Made by a program: the position numbers and the translations under genes. A stretch of 64,000 nt of DNA from a virus. This document shows, piece by piece, positions 38,611 through 49,500 of this stretch. Under the pieces are notes generated by a model that saw only the letters and a program-made list of their open reading frames with translations, did not search any database and was not told the DNA's origin. The stretch's first letter is position 1; each line of letters begins with the position of its first letter. Where the stretch lies: IMG/VR virus record IMGVR_UViG_3300045988_115271; one strand, written 5' to 3'.

Positions 38611-39789
38611 ATGAGAGTGTTAAGTTTATTTGACGGAATGTCATGTGGTCAAATAGCGTTAAAAGAAATAGGGATCACGCCTGAAGTATATTATGCGTCA
38701 GAAATAGATAAGTTCGCTATTAAACAAACGCAATTAAATTTTCCTAATACGATACAAGTAGGAGATGTGAGGGATTTAAATGTAGAAGATCTTGGACGCA
38801 TAGATCTTATTTTAGCCGGCAGCCCATGTACGGATATGTCTTTTTCTGGAAAAAGAAAAGGGTTGTCTACCGTAGAAGGAATAGAAGTCAAATCACTTAA
38901 TGAGTATCTTGAATTAAAAAAACAAGGATTTGAGTTTGCCGGTCAGTCTTACTTGTTCTGGGAGTTTATTCGTATTTTGAATGATGTAAGAAAAACTAAT
39001 CCTGATGTGTTGTTTCTTCTTGAGAACATTAAGATAGGAAAGAAATGGGAGCCGGTATTCGATAATGCTATAGGGTGTAAGGGCAATCATATTAATTCAG
39101 CACTTGTTTCAGCTCAAGTCAGGAAACGTATTTATTGGACTAATATTCAAGACGGCATTATTCCTCAACCTGAAGACGAAGGTTTGACCATAAGTGATAT
39201 AGCTGAATATGAAGTAGATGAAAAATATTACTTATCTGAAAAAGTTTTAAACAATTTAGCTTTTCACTTAAAAAGAAATCACGACAAGGGAAATTGTTAT
39301 GGAGCTAATATTAAAACAAAAGATGAAAAATCCAATACTGTTACCGTAAAGGGTAAATACATGTACGATCTTATTTGTGTAGCAATGAGAGGCAGGAATC
39401 CAGAAAAACCTACATGTAGAGAATCTGGTCTTAAAACAGTTCAGATGATTGAATTTAAAAACGATGGAAAATCCAATTGTCTCACAACAGTTCAGAAAGA
39501 TAATCTTATTTTTCAAATACCAAGAGGATTTAACAAAGGTGGATTTCATGAAGATAAGGCTCCAACATTATCTTGTAATTCATATGATAGAAACAATTTT
39601 ATCATACAGAGAGCATTACATGGCGATTTCAGAATAAGAAGATTAACCCCTACAGAGTGCTCCAGGTTACAGACTGTACCAAATTGGTATAAATGGGAAT
39701 GCAGCGAAACCCAACAGTACAAGATGTTGGGAAACGGGTGGACTATTAAAGTTATTGAACATATACTTAAAAGAATAAAAGAATCATGA
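38611..39789 (+). CDS. DNA (cytosine-5)-methyltransferase
   Basis: Motif I LSLFDGMSCG, motif IV GSPCTDMS, motif VI ENIKIG, then RRLTPTECSRLQTVP and GNGW (motifs IX and X). The start is set at the ATG at 38611, 4 nt after the upstream stop. Confidence 0.8.
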   Translation: MRVLSLFDGMSCGQIALKEIGITPEVYYASEIDKFAIKQTQLNFPNTIQVGDVRDLNVEDLGRIDLILAGSPCTDMSFSGKRKGLSTVEGIEVKSLNEYLELKKQGFEFAGQSYLFWEFIRILNDVRKTNPDVLFLLENIKIGKKWEPVFDNAIGCKGNHINSALVSAQVRKRIYWTNIQDGIIPQPEDEGLTISDIAEYEVDEKYYLSEKVLNNLAFHLKRNHDKGNCYGANIKTKDEKSNTVTVKGKYMYDLICVAMRGRNPEKPTCRESGLKTVQMIEFKNDGKSNCLTTVQKDNLIFQIPRGFNKGGFHEDKAPTLSCNSYDRNNFIIQRALHGDFRIRRLTPTECSRLQTVPNWYKWECSETQQYKMLGNGWTIKVIEHILKRIKES

Positions 39790-40316
39790 TTAGAGCAAGA
39801 TTTTACATTAAAAAATCCGACTGCGGTAACGACTACCGTCCAGTCAAATGGCCTATAAAATATCCATATTGGTGTAGTGCAGAATCCAGTAATTCATTTG
39901 TATTGGTGGCGTATGCTGAAGATGAAGACAGCATAAAAGAACTGTGGCCGGAGACGTATGATATTAATGTCTTAGAGAAAGATACCGAAATTAGATTCAC
40001 ATTAAGATTTCCTAAACCAGAATGGTATGAATTGTACGAAAGGGAATTAGAAGAGTGTGATAGGTTTATATGGATTACAGATGCGTGCATGAGAGGCGGT
40101 GTAATAAGAAAAGTAAAAGCTAAAATAGAAGAGTATGGTGGTCTTTTGTTAGCCAACATTCCTGATAGGTTTACTCCTTATGAAATAGGAAGGGATGCTT
40201 TTGAGAGCAAAGAAGAAGCTTTAAAACATGCAGAGAAACGGAGAACGTACCTGATCGAGTCTACTAAGAAACAATTGAATGAACTTGAAAATCTAAAATT
40301 TAAATGCGATGATTAA
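39786..40316 (+). CDS. hypothetical protein (176 aa)
   Basis: ATGA overlap with the methyltransferase gene. Confidence 0.45.
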   Translation: MIRARFYIKKSDCGNDYRPVKWPIKYPYWCSAESSNSFVLVAYAEDEDSIKELWPETYDINVLEKDTEIRFTLRFPKPEWYELYERELEECDRFIWITDACMRGGVIRKVKAKIEEYGGLLLANIPDRFTPYEIGRDAFESKEEALKHAEKRRTYLIESTKKQLNELENLKFKCDD

Positions 40317-41022
40317 TTACGCAGCAAAAGCCAGGAAGGCTTATTTGATAAACGATTTCGATAAGATTCTTAACAGTCTTAACACACTTCATTCAACGGT
40401 TGAGACCATGACATTATTTGTAAACGACCAGGCTTATAATTACATTCTTAAGCTAAAGGAAGTAATTAAAACCAGTCCTATGTATAAGCACAATATCAAG
40501 CGTCTTTTAAATGACATGGACAAAGAGATAAAGAGGTACAATGCTTCTATCTACTACATAAATAAAGAGCGTAGTGGGGTTATAGCTGATATAACACAAG
40601 CGATGGAAGATTGCCTCATGCCATACATAGACGACCTGGCCGGCGCTATAAGGGCAGCCGTGTGGTCGAAGGGCGTGTCCGAGGAGCGGACGGAAGCGGC
40701 GGTACTGTCCCTAATCGTATCCTCCTTGGCCACGACATCAGGCAGACTTATCTCAGGTGGATATCAGATCATGAAAGAAATGGGTGGAGGCTTGGGTGGT
40801 AATCCATTTACGTTTATGAGCATTGATAAGATAAGACACTTATCTACATCATTATCTGATGCTATTACCGGTGGAGAAATAGCTCTTGAAGAAAAAGAAG
40901 CCAATGACATAACTAAGGCGATGGATGTTTTTATTGAGAAAATGTCTGATTCGAATATTGTCGATAAGGTAATTAGCATACTCGAAGAGGCAGAATCTAA
41001 AAATAAGGAGGAACGATCATGA
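40309..41022 (+). CDS. hypothetical protein (237 aa; contains a GC-rich internal segment)
   Basis: ORF in block. Confidence 0.45.
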   Translation: MINYAAKARKAYLINDFDKILNSLNTLHSTVETMTLFVNDQAYNYILKLKEVIKTSPMYKHNIKRLLNDMDKEIKRYNASIYYINKERSGVIADITQAMEDCLMPYIDDLAGAIRAAVWSKGVSEERTEAAVLSLIVSSLATTSGRLISGGYQIMKEMGGGLGGNPFTFMSIDKIRHLSTSLSDAITGGEIALEEKEANDITKAMDVFIEKMSDSNIVDKVISILEEAESKNKEERS

Positions 41023-41210
41023 ATTACTTAGATGGGTACGTAGAAGAGGTTCTTTCCGAACCATATTATGATGATTACGGATCGGGAATTTTCAGGTGGT
41101 GGGTGAAAGTATCTTACATTTGTTATGGCATGGGAGCCGTTACTACCTTAATGTTTGATACAAAAGAAGAAGCGGAAGCGGTAAAACCAGGTTATAAATT
41201 TTTGTGTTAA
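41019..41210 (+). CDS. hypothetical protein (63 aa)
   Basis: ATGA overlap with the upstream ORF. Confidence 0.3.
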   Translation: MNYLDGYVEEVLSEPYYDDYGSGIFRWWVKVSYICYGMGAVTTLMFDTKEEAEAVKPGYKFLC

Positions 41211-41222
41211 TGATATTGGGAT

Positions 41223-41459
41223 GTGATTATGAAGTACTTTATTTTATTGATAATATTGTTATTGTCATCATGTGATATTGACAATGTTAATACTGGATGG
41301 GTTATATATAATTTAGAACCTTTGAATGATGGGCGTGTGTTATACAAAGGAGAAGATAATGGCATTACATGTGTTCGTGGTACCAAATACATCAAATTCA
41401 TTGGACGCCAAGGGGAATACAATATCGGAGATTCTATTAAGATCGTAAAAGTGAAATAA
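41223..41459 (+). CDS. putative lipoprotein (78 aa)
   Basis: Signal peptide with lipobox: MIMKYFILLIILLLSSC. Confidence 0.45.
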   Translation: MIMKYFILLIILLLSSCDIDNVNTGWVIYNLEPLNDGRVLYKGEDNGITCVRGTKYIKFIGRQGEYNIGDSIKIVKVK

Positions 41460-41460
41460 T

Positions 41461-41949
41461 ATGGAAAATAATTTAAAACTCGTATGCCCAAAATGTGGCA
41501 CCCCTCACCAGCCTCATTCTCCGCACACGATGGATGCAGATGGATTTGAAAGGTGTGAGATAAGAACTATCATGGAAGACAAGGGATGGTGCTACGAATG
41601 CTCTTTTTGGCAAAATATGTACGACAAGCACAAAGACGATCCTGGATGGGTTAGGATAGACGGTGAAAGCTGGGTTCTTAAACCTATGGTGGAAAACGTG
41701 CCAAGAGGATGGAATAGCCTTGGATGTGGTGGAAGAAAAATGTATATCAATATCGAAGGGAAGGGTATTGTTGCATCAAACAATTGCTGGTGTCAGGGTG
41801 ATGTTTCGGATGCATTTAAGGATCTGATGCCTGATAATGCTACTTGGGCTACGAAGGAGGAATTTGACAAAGCCCCTGTAGTAGGATATATTATAGAAGG
41901 TATTGGTTTAGTTTTCACAGATAGGGAAGGTCATGAAGTTGATGCTTAG
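41461..41949 (+). CDS. Cys-rich zinc-binding protein (162 aa)
   Basis: CPKCG, CYEC and CWCQGD motifs. Confidence 0.4.
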   Translation: MENNLKLVCPKCGTPHQPHSPHTMDADGFERCEIRTIMEDKGWCYECSFWQNMYDKHKDDPGWVRIDGESWVLKPMVENVPRGWNSLGCGGRKMYINIEGKGIVASNNCWCQGDVSDAFKDLMPDNATWATKEEFDKAPVVGYIIEGIGLVFTDREGHEVDA

Positions 41950-42190
41950 GAACTTATTTCATATTCTTCTTAGAATAGTTGAAAGGAAATCAACTAATGG
42001 GGAGGTAGAATATTGGTGCCAATATCAAAACATTTTTGGGAAATGGAAAAACGGAATAAAATACGATATGTTTGGCATGGCGCGTTATGCTGTTTTTTAT
42101 TCATTCGAAGATGCGTATGAATTTAATTATGGTAAGAACAAAGAAGAAAAGGTAAAGGTAGTGGACTCTTGTTACAAGAGAAGATGGTAA
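41933..42190 (+). CDS. hypothetical protein (85 aa)
   Basis: Last gene of the plus-strand block. Confidence 0.35.
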   Translation: MKLMLRNLFHILLRIVERKSTNGEVEYWCQYQNIFGKWKNGIKYDMFGMARYAVFYSFEDAYEFNYGKNKEEKVKVVDSCYKRRW

Positions 42191-42191
42191 C

Positions 42192-42240
42192 TACAATAAT
42201 CCCCGGCCATACAATAGGTGTACGGTTGGGGATTATTGTA
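42192..42240. terminator. inverted-repeat hairpin at the convergence point of the two gene blocks (candidate bidirectional terminator)
   Basis: TACAATAATCCCC (42192..42204) pairs perfectly with GGGGATTATTGTA (42228..42240) around a 23-nt loop. The convergent genes end on either side. Confidence 0.5.
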
Positions 42241-42303
42241 ATATATGATTAATAACCGTCTTATCTTATACTAATACATTTTAGTACTATTTTATATCTT
42301 TTA

Positions 42304-42753
42304 TTATAATTCTACATAGGTGTCAATAGGAACAAAGCTGCCAATTGTACTTATCTTATATATTGAATGAATAAGGTGAGTACTTGGACTTAATTTCAGT
42401 TGAGGTACTTGATTGGATCCTTCTGTAATAAAGAAATAATAAAAAACGTCTCCAATCGTAAACTGTAACATAATATCACCTGTTACCGATCCTTCATTAA
42501 AGTAAGCCTGGATATATTGTCCAGAATTTGATATCGTACAATTTATAGGATTACCGCCCATCGTACATACCTTGCTATTATTAATTTCATCTAAAACATA
42601 GGAAGCCGCCATAGTTGCTCCATTAGATCGGTATCTACAACCAAGAATAGGTACAGGATTTCGCCATGTGGTTGTAGGGGCCGAAATCGAACAAGCAAAA
42701 ACAGGGATCTTGCCGCCAGCAACTGTATTAATATTTTCAAATCTTCTTCTCAT
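42304..42753 (-). CDS. MRRRF-family protein A (149 aa; possible fibre or receptor-binding protein)
   Basis: Begins MRRRFENINTVAGG; beta-rich and Cys-containing; shares its N-terminal motif with two other minus-strand genes. Confidence 0.45.
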   Translation of the reverse strand: MRRRFENINTVAGGKIPVFACSISAPTTTWRNPVPILGCRYRSNGATMAASYVLDEINNSKVCTMGGNPINCTISNSGQYIQAYFNEGSVTGDIMLQFTIGDVFYYFFITEGSNQVPQLKLSPSTHLIHSIYKISTIGSFVPIDTYVEL

Positions 42754-42757
42754 AATT

Positions 42758-43375
42758 TTATAAAATTAATTCAGTAAAAGGACGGACATAATGTGAACTA
42801 CCCCTTGAACCTGTATCCAAATGATCTCCTTGGATGTTTATATCATAATACCACGAATAGGAAAATTTTTCATTTCGAGTGGATGTCCACATTCTATTAC
42901 TCATTATCGTACCTCCTACCATTAAAAGGCATTCGTTTATTTCATTAGCATACAATGATATCAAAAAAAACTCTCCGGCGCCACCTACATATCCATTTTG
43001 ACCATTTTTAAATAAATAGCTATTAGCTTTATTAAAAGCGTAATCTGTATTACTGGTATCATATTCAAGATACGCATTCTGATTTTCACGCCCCCAATAA
43101 TCCTTTTTAATAGTTCCCATATGAGAACTATCTTGTGCAAATATATTGTCTATTTCTCCATCCTTACCCCAACGAAATGTGCCAATATATTCGGTGGCTA
43201 TAACAAAACACACTTTATCTACAAGAGCTATTCCATTGCATAGATCATTGGAATATCCTTTATTAGACCAATTTTCTTTTGTATATAATCCTCCATCTAC
43301 ATGTTGGATGTATATGCCTTTATTGATTATAAGCGAGGGATTTACCCCCATCCCTATTTGAAATCTTCGTCTCAT
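42758..43375 (-). CDS. MRRRF-family protein B (about 206 aa from the Met at 43375; the ORF is open back to 43462)
   Basis: The internal start reads MRRRFQIGMG. It is rich in Gly, Tyr, Trp and Asn, which is consistent with carbohydrate binding. Confidence 0.4.
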   Translation of the reverse strand: MRRRFQIGMGVNPSLIINKGIYIQHVDGGLYTKENWSNKGYSNDLCNGIALVDKVCFVIATEYIGTFRWGKDGEIDNIFAQDSSHMGTIKKDYWGRENQNAYLEYDTSNTDYAFNKANSYLFKNGQNGYVGGAGEFFLISLYANEINECLLMVGGTIMSNRMWTSTRNEKFSYSWYYDINIQGDHLDTGSRGSSHYVRPFTELIL

Positions 43376-43588
43376 GATTTTTGTTTGCAAGATAGCAATA
43401 ATTGACAACATAAAAGAAACCGGTTCCCTATCATCTCTGACTGAGAACCGGTAAGAAAACAATTTCAGAAAAAATTAAACCTACATAATCTTTCAAGTAA
43501 GAACAAAAAACGTACAATCTACTCTTTGACGATGCTAATATAACATATTGGAATCATACAAAAACAATGCAAGTCCGATATTCTTCGT

Positions 43589-46500
43589 CTACTTGTAGCT
43601 AACATCATCGTCCCCTTCCGAATCAGGAGTAGCGCCGATGAAGAACATCATTGACTTGTTGTTCGTCTGCTGCCACCAATTATAGGCGCGCGCTACGTCT
43701 TCCGGCGTCTTGATATTATACCATTGTTTGATAAACGTCTGTTTGGCGAGTTGCCTAAATAACTTAGACTCTCCCTTGTATGTACCGGATGTTACTTTAT
43801 CAAGTGAATAATTCCTAAGATCGGTAAGATCCTTCAGTTTTCGCCCCATAACAAACGGATCGTTAATGATATCTACCACGTTAAGCTCCATAATAAACGG
43901 CATCTGTGAAGCTATTTCGTTTATGGTTCTGAATCCGACATAGGATCCAAATTGAGTAAGCCAACTTTCTTCGTTTTCATCATCATCACGCCATCCGGCA
44001 AGAAGCATAGATACGGCCTGCATGATAAGGAACGTGCCGGCATAGACACTGAGACGTTTGAGATTGGTTTTTTCTACCTCATTCATATTGTCTTTATTTT
44101 CATTCCAGGCATCTATGATGTTTTTCATACCAGACTCGGAAGTCAGGCTAAATGTTTTGGCTATCATATTCTTTAACGTAATTGACAACCCTTCCTCTTC
44201 TTGCATTGTCTGGAAATTGAAGCCACGTCTTTTCCACAGACGTTGAGCCGACAGCACCAACCATCCTCGGTGGGCGGTCATGAACCTGGCTATCCAGTTG
44301 CGCGATGCGGCAGTTCGGTTTTCTTCATTCAAAGATCCGTTGCATATCTGCGACAAGCTACGAACTTGATTTCTGGTTATAGCCATCTGGGTTTCTACTT
44401 CCTCAACAGTAACACCCGATCCTGGCTTTACAACCACCTTCCCATCCACGACGTCTACCATACTCCATAAAGTACGATCTTTTAATGCGTTCCATTCTCT
44501 TTTTATGGTACTCTGTTCTTTATTGCGTTCTTTTTCCATCTTGAAATCTTGGAACGTGTAGAACCGGCCTTTGTAATAACGAACATTGTCCATAGTAGCA
44601 ATCATAACCTGCGGATCAAGAGGGTAGTTCAGGATTTCCATAAAAGCATACATAGGTGAACGCATTAAGGTCCTGGCCACTCTATTATATCCGGCACCAT
44701 ACATACGATTTCGGATATTGAATATCCCCATTCTCTCACCTATGACATATAATTTGCTTTTCCTATCTATGTCTCCGGTTTCTGCTATACAAGATGGAGC
44801 AAGGCGTGAAAATTCAGCCGATGCGTATTTAAGGGAGTCTTTGCTTATATACTGTCCTACGGCAGATTCCATGATGAGGTTGATATGACCTGTAAGGGCG
44901 CCGGTAGCTGCCACAAACGGGGACAGCGCCAGGTTCATAACCGACATAAATCTTTCAACGGCCATCATTATCCTGGTAAGGTCTACTGTGTACCCACCGA
45001 TGTTCACCGTAAGTTTTTTGGTGTTCATCCTAATGCCATAATAATGGTCATTGAAGAAGTCCCTGAACATCTGATATGCTTGGGTTGCTTCAGCTTTCTT
45101 ACCGCCTTCAAATTGCTTATTCAGTAACATCTGCTCCAGTCCTTGGGCAAGCTCTATAGATTTCTGCTTTTCGTTGTATAATGATGATTGCATCATAAGC
45201 ATCGAATAAGAGTAACCAAAATCATGAGATACGTCATCTTGGTTCTCTAATTCATATATGTAGTATTTAGGTATGGACCGAACCCTATCTTCCGGATCAT
45301 ATACTTCCCCTTGTCTGGTTTTACCGTATAGAGAATCGTCTACTCTGTCCAGGCAGAGATCTGATACAAAATTACGAACCGTATTTTTGAAGTTAATACC
45401 CAATCCTTCTACACGTTCTATGTCTTGTTTTGATATCTGTGGAATAGCATACAGGTTCGGGCTCTGCTCTTTGTATAGATCAAGGGATTGTCTTTTTATT
45501 TCCTTGAGTTTTTGAATCATATTCCACTGCTCTACGTTTTTAGTAGCGACCTCATTACCGTCAGCATCATACTTGATACCAAAGTCATTAAAATACGATT
45601 CATCACGATACAGGCTTTTCTTGGGCATGCGATGACCATACCCATGATCTTTTACATAATCAGGATTACGGCCGCTATTTTCGGCTTCAGATTCAGCCAC
45701 CCATGCCCTTGCAGGGTCAAAAGACAGGTATGATATGTCCATACCGTAATCTTGGGTGGATGTTCCGTTCTGTACGTCTTTAACCATCTGCGCCACATCT
45801 ATCTCACCTCGACCAATTTTGTCGATCATAGCCGCATATCCGGTAGGTGCCATGCGTTTATAGTATGAAAAGACCTGGCTCCTGGCAAATTCATTAACGA
45901 CCGCATTAGCTTCTTCTATACCTGATTCTCTTGTGTTATTTAAAAACAAGCTGGCCATCTTAGCATTGACGGCATTCCTAAAATCTCTACCGTCTAATTC
46001 TTTGCTTATTCCAAGCTTTTCTGACAAGTAGTTGGTTTCAGATACGGTAAACAGATGCCGGTTATCAGCAGCTTTGAATAACTTATCCCTTAAAGCCTGA
46101 ATCCTTTTTGCTTTCTTTGCCGTAGTATGACGTTGCACAAACTTCCATTCCACTTCCTTGGAGTCAGCAAGAGCATTTAAATAAGACTGATTTACTTCGT
46201 TTTCAGCCTTACTGCTTTTAGTAAGGTACTTATCAATATCTTCAAGACCCACCATCTTAGCATAATCTATCAAAATAGCGTAATCGGCTTCAATAGCTTC
46301 AGATGCGGCCCTAAAAGCATCTCTTTCAGATGAGGTAAATGTCGCTTCATTAATTTCTCCGATATCAGCCACATCTCGGTTGTTTCCGATTATTTCCTTG
46401 ATAATGGCCTTATTTTTTTCTATATCTTTTACAATCGAATCCACGTCAGTTGCATCTCTATCACTTGTCGTAGAACTAATGATGTCTTGTGCCATTTTAA

Positions 46501-49500
46501 GATACGAAGCCTTGTTATTTGATTCGGTACGCGCCGATTGTTCTGATTCTACGTCATTCCAAAACCGATCGTTGAATGACAGGTGACCCCCCAACATAAG
46601 TGTCTTCAGCGCAGCTTCTCCTCCAGATTCACGCTGAATAGTTCTCAATTTTTGCAGAAATGATTCTGATACGGCATTAGTGACATTATTTGATTCTTTT
46701 CTCCAAACTTCATTTATGGCTTGTATTTCTTTAGCCATCTTGAGTTGATCACCGGTTTTATCTACTCTCCTGGTTCCTACGTATATGTATTCTGAAGCTG
46801 CTTCCTTACGTTGTTTACGAAGCAGTCCTTCTTCTTCGTAGTTACTACTCTTATAGTAAGCAACCTCATCAAAATTACCACCGCTATCAATAAAAGGCTG
46901 CCTCAATATCCGCTTCTGCCGAGAAAGAGCATTAAGGTATTCTTTGGTTGTTTGAGAAACCGGATGCCCTAATTCTTCTTCGGCCTTTTTGTATATGGAT
47001 TCCATTCTTGTGGCATAACTTTCACTAAATTCCAGTTCTGAATTTTCAGCATCCCACTTCTCCATCTGTTCTGTATAAATCTTTTCCTGCTCGATGGTAA
47101 AAATATCGGTATTAACCCTATCGGACGACGGTTTAAATTTAGCGTTCTCAGTAACCGTATTTCCGTCCTTGTCAACTACTTCTCTTTTAAATACGTAATT
47201 ACGGTTATTGTCAACCACATCATTGATTTCTTCTTCTGATATCTCTATGTTCATGGCGGTCGCAAACGCTCGCATCTGCGCCAGCTTCTTATTACGATCG
47301 TATTTAGCCATATCAAGAGCACTACGAAGATAATTAGAAGTTTTTCCGTCTACTTTCTGAAGCAGTTTTTCAAATTCAGATTTGTTAAAACCATGCTTTT
47401 TCGCATATGCCAGGAAGTCGGATATGGCGGGCTGGGCATTCACCATCGCATTGTAATTGTCTTTGGCAATCATAGCTCCAAGAGCGTTATTGAACGGGCT
47501 GGAGGAATGTTCTAATATACCAAACCACCTACTTATCCAGGACACATCATGTTGAACCTTATCAAAGAACTCTTTTACTCTCTTTACCTTATCTGCCGGC
47601 ACATGAAGTTCGTTCATTAACTTATCAAGCAACGTACTTTCATCAAGATCTTGTACTGATTTAATATCAGACTGAATACCGTTGATGTCGGCAATGACGG
47701 TATTGATCCTATTTGTATAATCCTGCTTTTCACGCTCATCAAATTCGGTACTTCTGTTACGGATATATCCTCGAAGATCGTTCATGATCGGAAGAACCTG
47801 GTTGTTGATAATATCTACGTTCTTTCGATCATTGGTATTGAAATGAAGCTTACCGTCTTTGGTATCACCATGAAGGATAGTATTTACTACGTTGCTTAAG
47901 TATCTAACCTGAGCTTCGGCTGTGGAGATCATGCTGTTCATGGCGGCCGCCATCTCATTCTTGTCTATTTCGGTCTCTACCTTATTTATCTTATCTTCTA
48001 TGGTCTTAAGCTGGGCAAGGGTCATAGACGTAGTTACAGCCCTATCAGAGCTTATCTGACGTAAGTCTCTTAACGTTTTTCTCAATGCCCGGATCTTAGA
48101 CTCAAGAAACTTGTTCTTCTTCATAGAAGAAAGGGAATATAATGTAAAATCATTATCCTTCAAAAGAGAAGTATCAAATCCTTTATCTATGTCGGTAATA
48201 GCAAGATCACGAATATTTTTAATAACGTTATTCAAATCCTGTCTTTGGGTTGATAAAGCTGATTTAAGCCAGTTTACAATTCCAGAGAGAAGCTGCCGGA
48301 CGCGCCCCAGGAAGGAGGTGGGCTCTACCGGCGCCTGTGCTGTGCCGGTCTGCATCTCCCTGGCGAGGATCTTTCCAAGAATTTCTCTCCTAACAGCATT
48401 ATCAAGTTCAGAGCCTTCATATACCTTACCGTATGTATTATAATACTGACCTGCATACTGATTCCATTCTTCAGTGCCTTCTACATCTTGCAAAACAGAT
48501 TCAACAGCATTCTGATCTCTGTACGCCTCTACGAGAAAGTGTGCTGTTTCTTCTACTAAGTCAGACAAAGTAGCATCTTCACCGACTGCTATTACGTTAT
48601 TGGCAATATCCGCCAATGCCTTAGCAGAAGGTTCGTGTCCGTATTTAGTTTGGTACTTCTCTATATAATCGGTCATGCCAACGACACTAACGCCCAGCGT
48701 TTTCAGTATCTCAACAATAGAATTTCGTTGATTACGTTCCTCTTGGCTATAATCCGATACTATCTTAGCTTTAGTATCAGCATAAAGATCATTGTCTTCT
48801 AATATAAATGAAACTACAAGCGCATCAAAGTGATCGTATTTAGCATCCAATTCATTGTATCTTCCAGACTTAAGATCGCTCTTTATCTGCTCCTTGCTAA
48901 CTCTTTCTGTTCCTCCGGTGGCGAGTCTCATAGTTACCTTACTATTATCCAATGAATTTATGGTTATCATACCCTGGTCGTTCATGGAAACATCGGAACC
49001 AAAATGATTACGGAGCTCAGTGTAGGATAAGGCTGAATTGAAAAGTCTAATTTGTCCTGTATGTCCTTCTCCTGTAATATAATAGCTTCTTGTTTCCGGA
49101 TCGAATATCTTGGATCCGGACAAAAGACCTTTCTTTATAAGGTAGTTAATTATACCGCCTTTTGTTGATAAAGAAGTAGAAGCAGAAGCGGTCATGACCG
49201 GTATAAAAGACTTGGGATTATTAAGAACATACTTTCCAGCCTTGTAAGTAATGTCTGCCACTCCATCCACGGTAGATTCTTGAACGATGCCTGATAAGAA
49301 TCCTATTCTGATATCATTCCCGCCAGAGCGAAGAGCTTCTCCGTAATCTTCAAATAATTGATTACGATCATTCATAAAAAACAAACGAGGTTCTCCAGTC
49401 TGATACGTTACACCCACAGGATTAGAATCTGTTTCTGGTAGCTCTTCTGGACTAAATATCTTAAGACCGTATTTTATAACCATATAATTAACATCATTAT

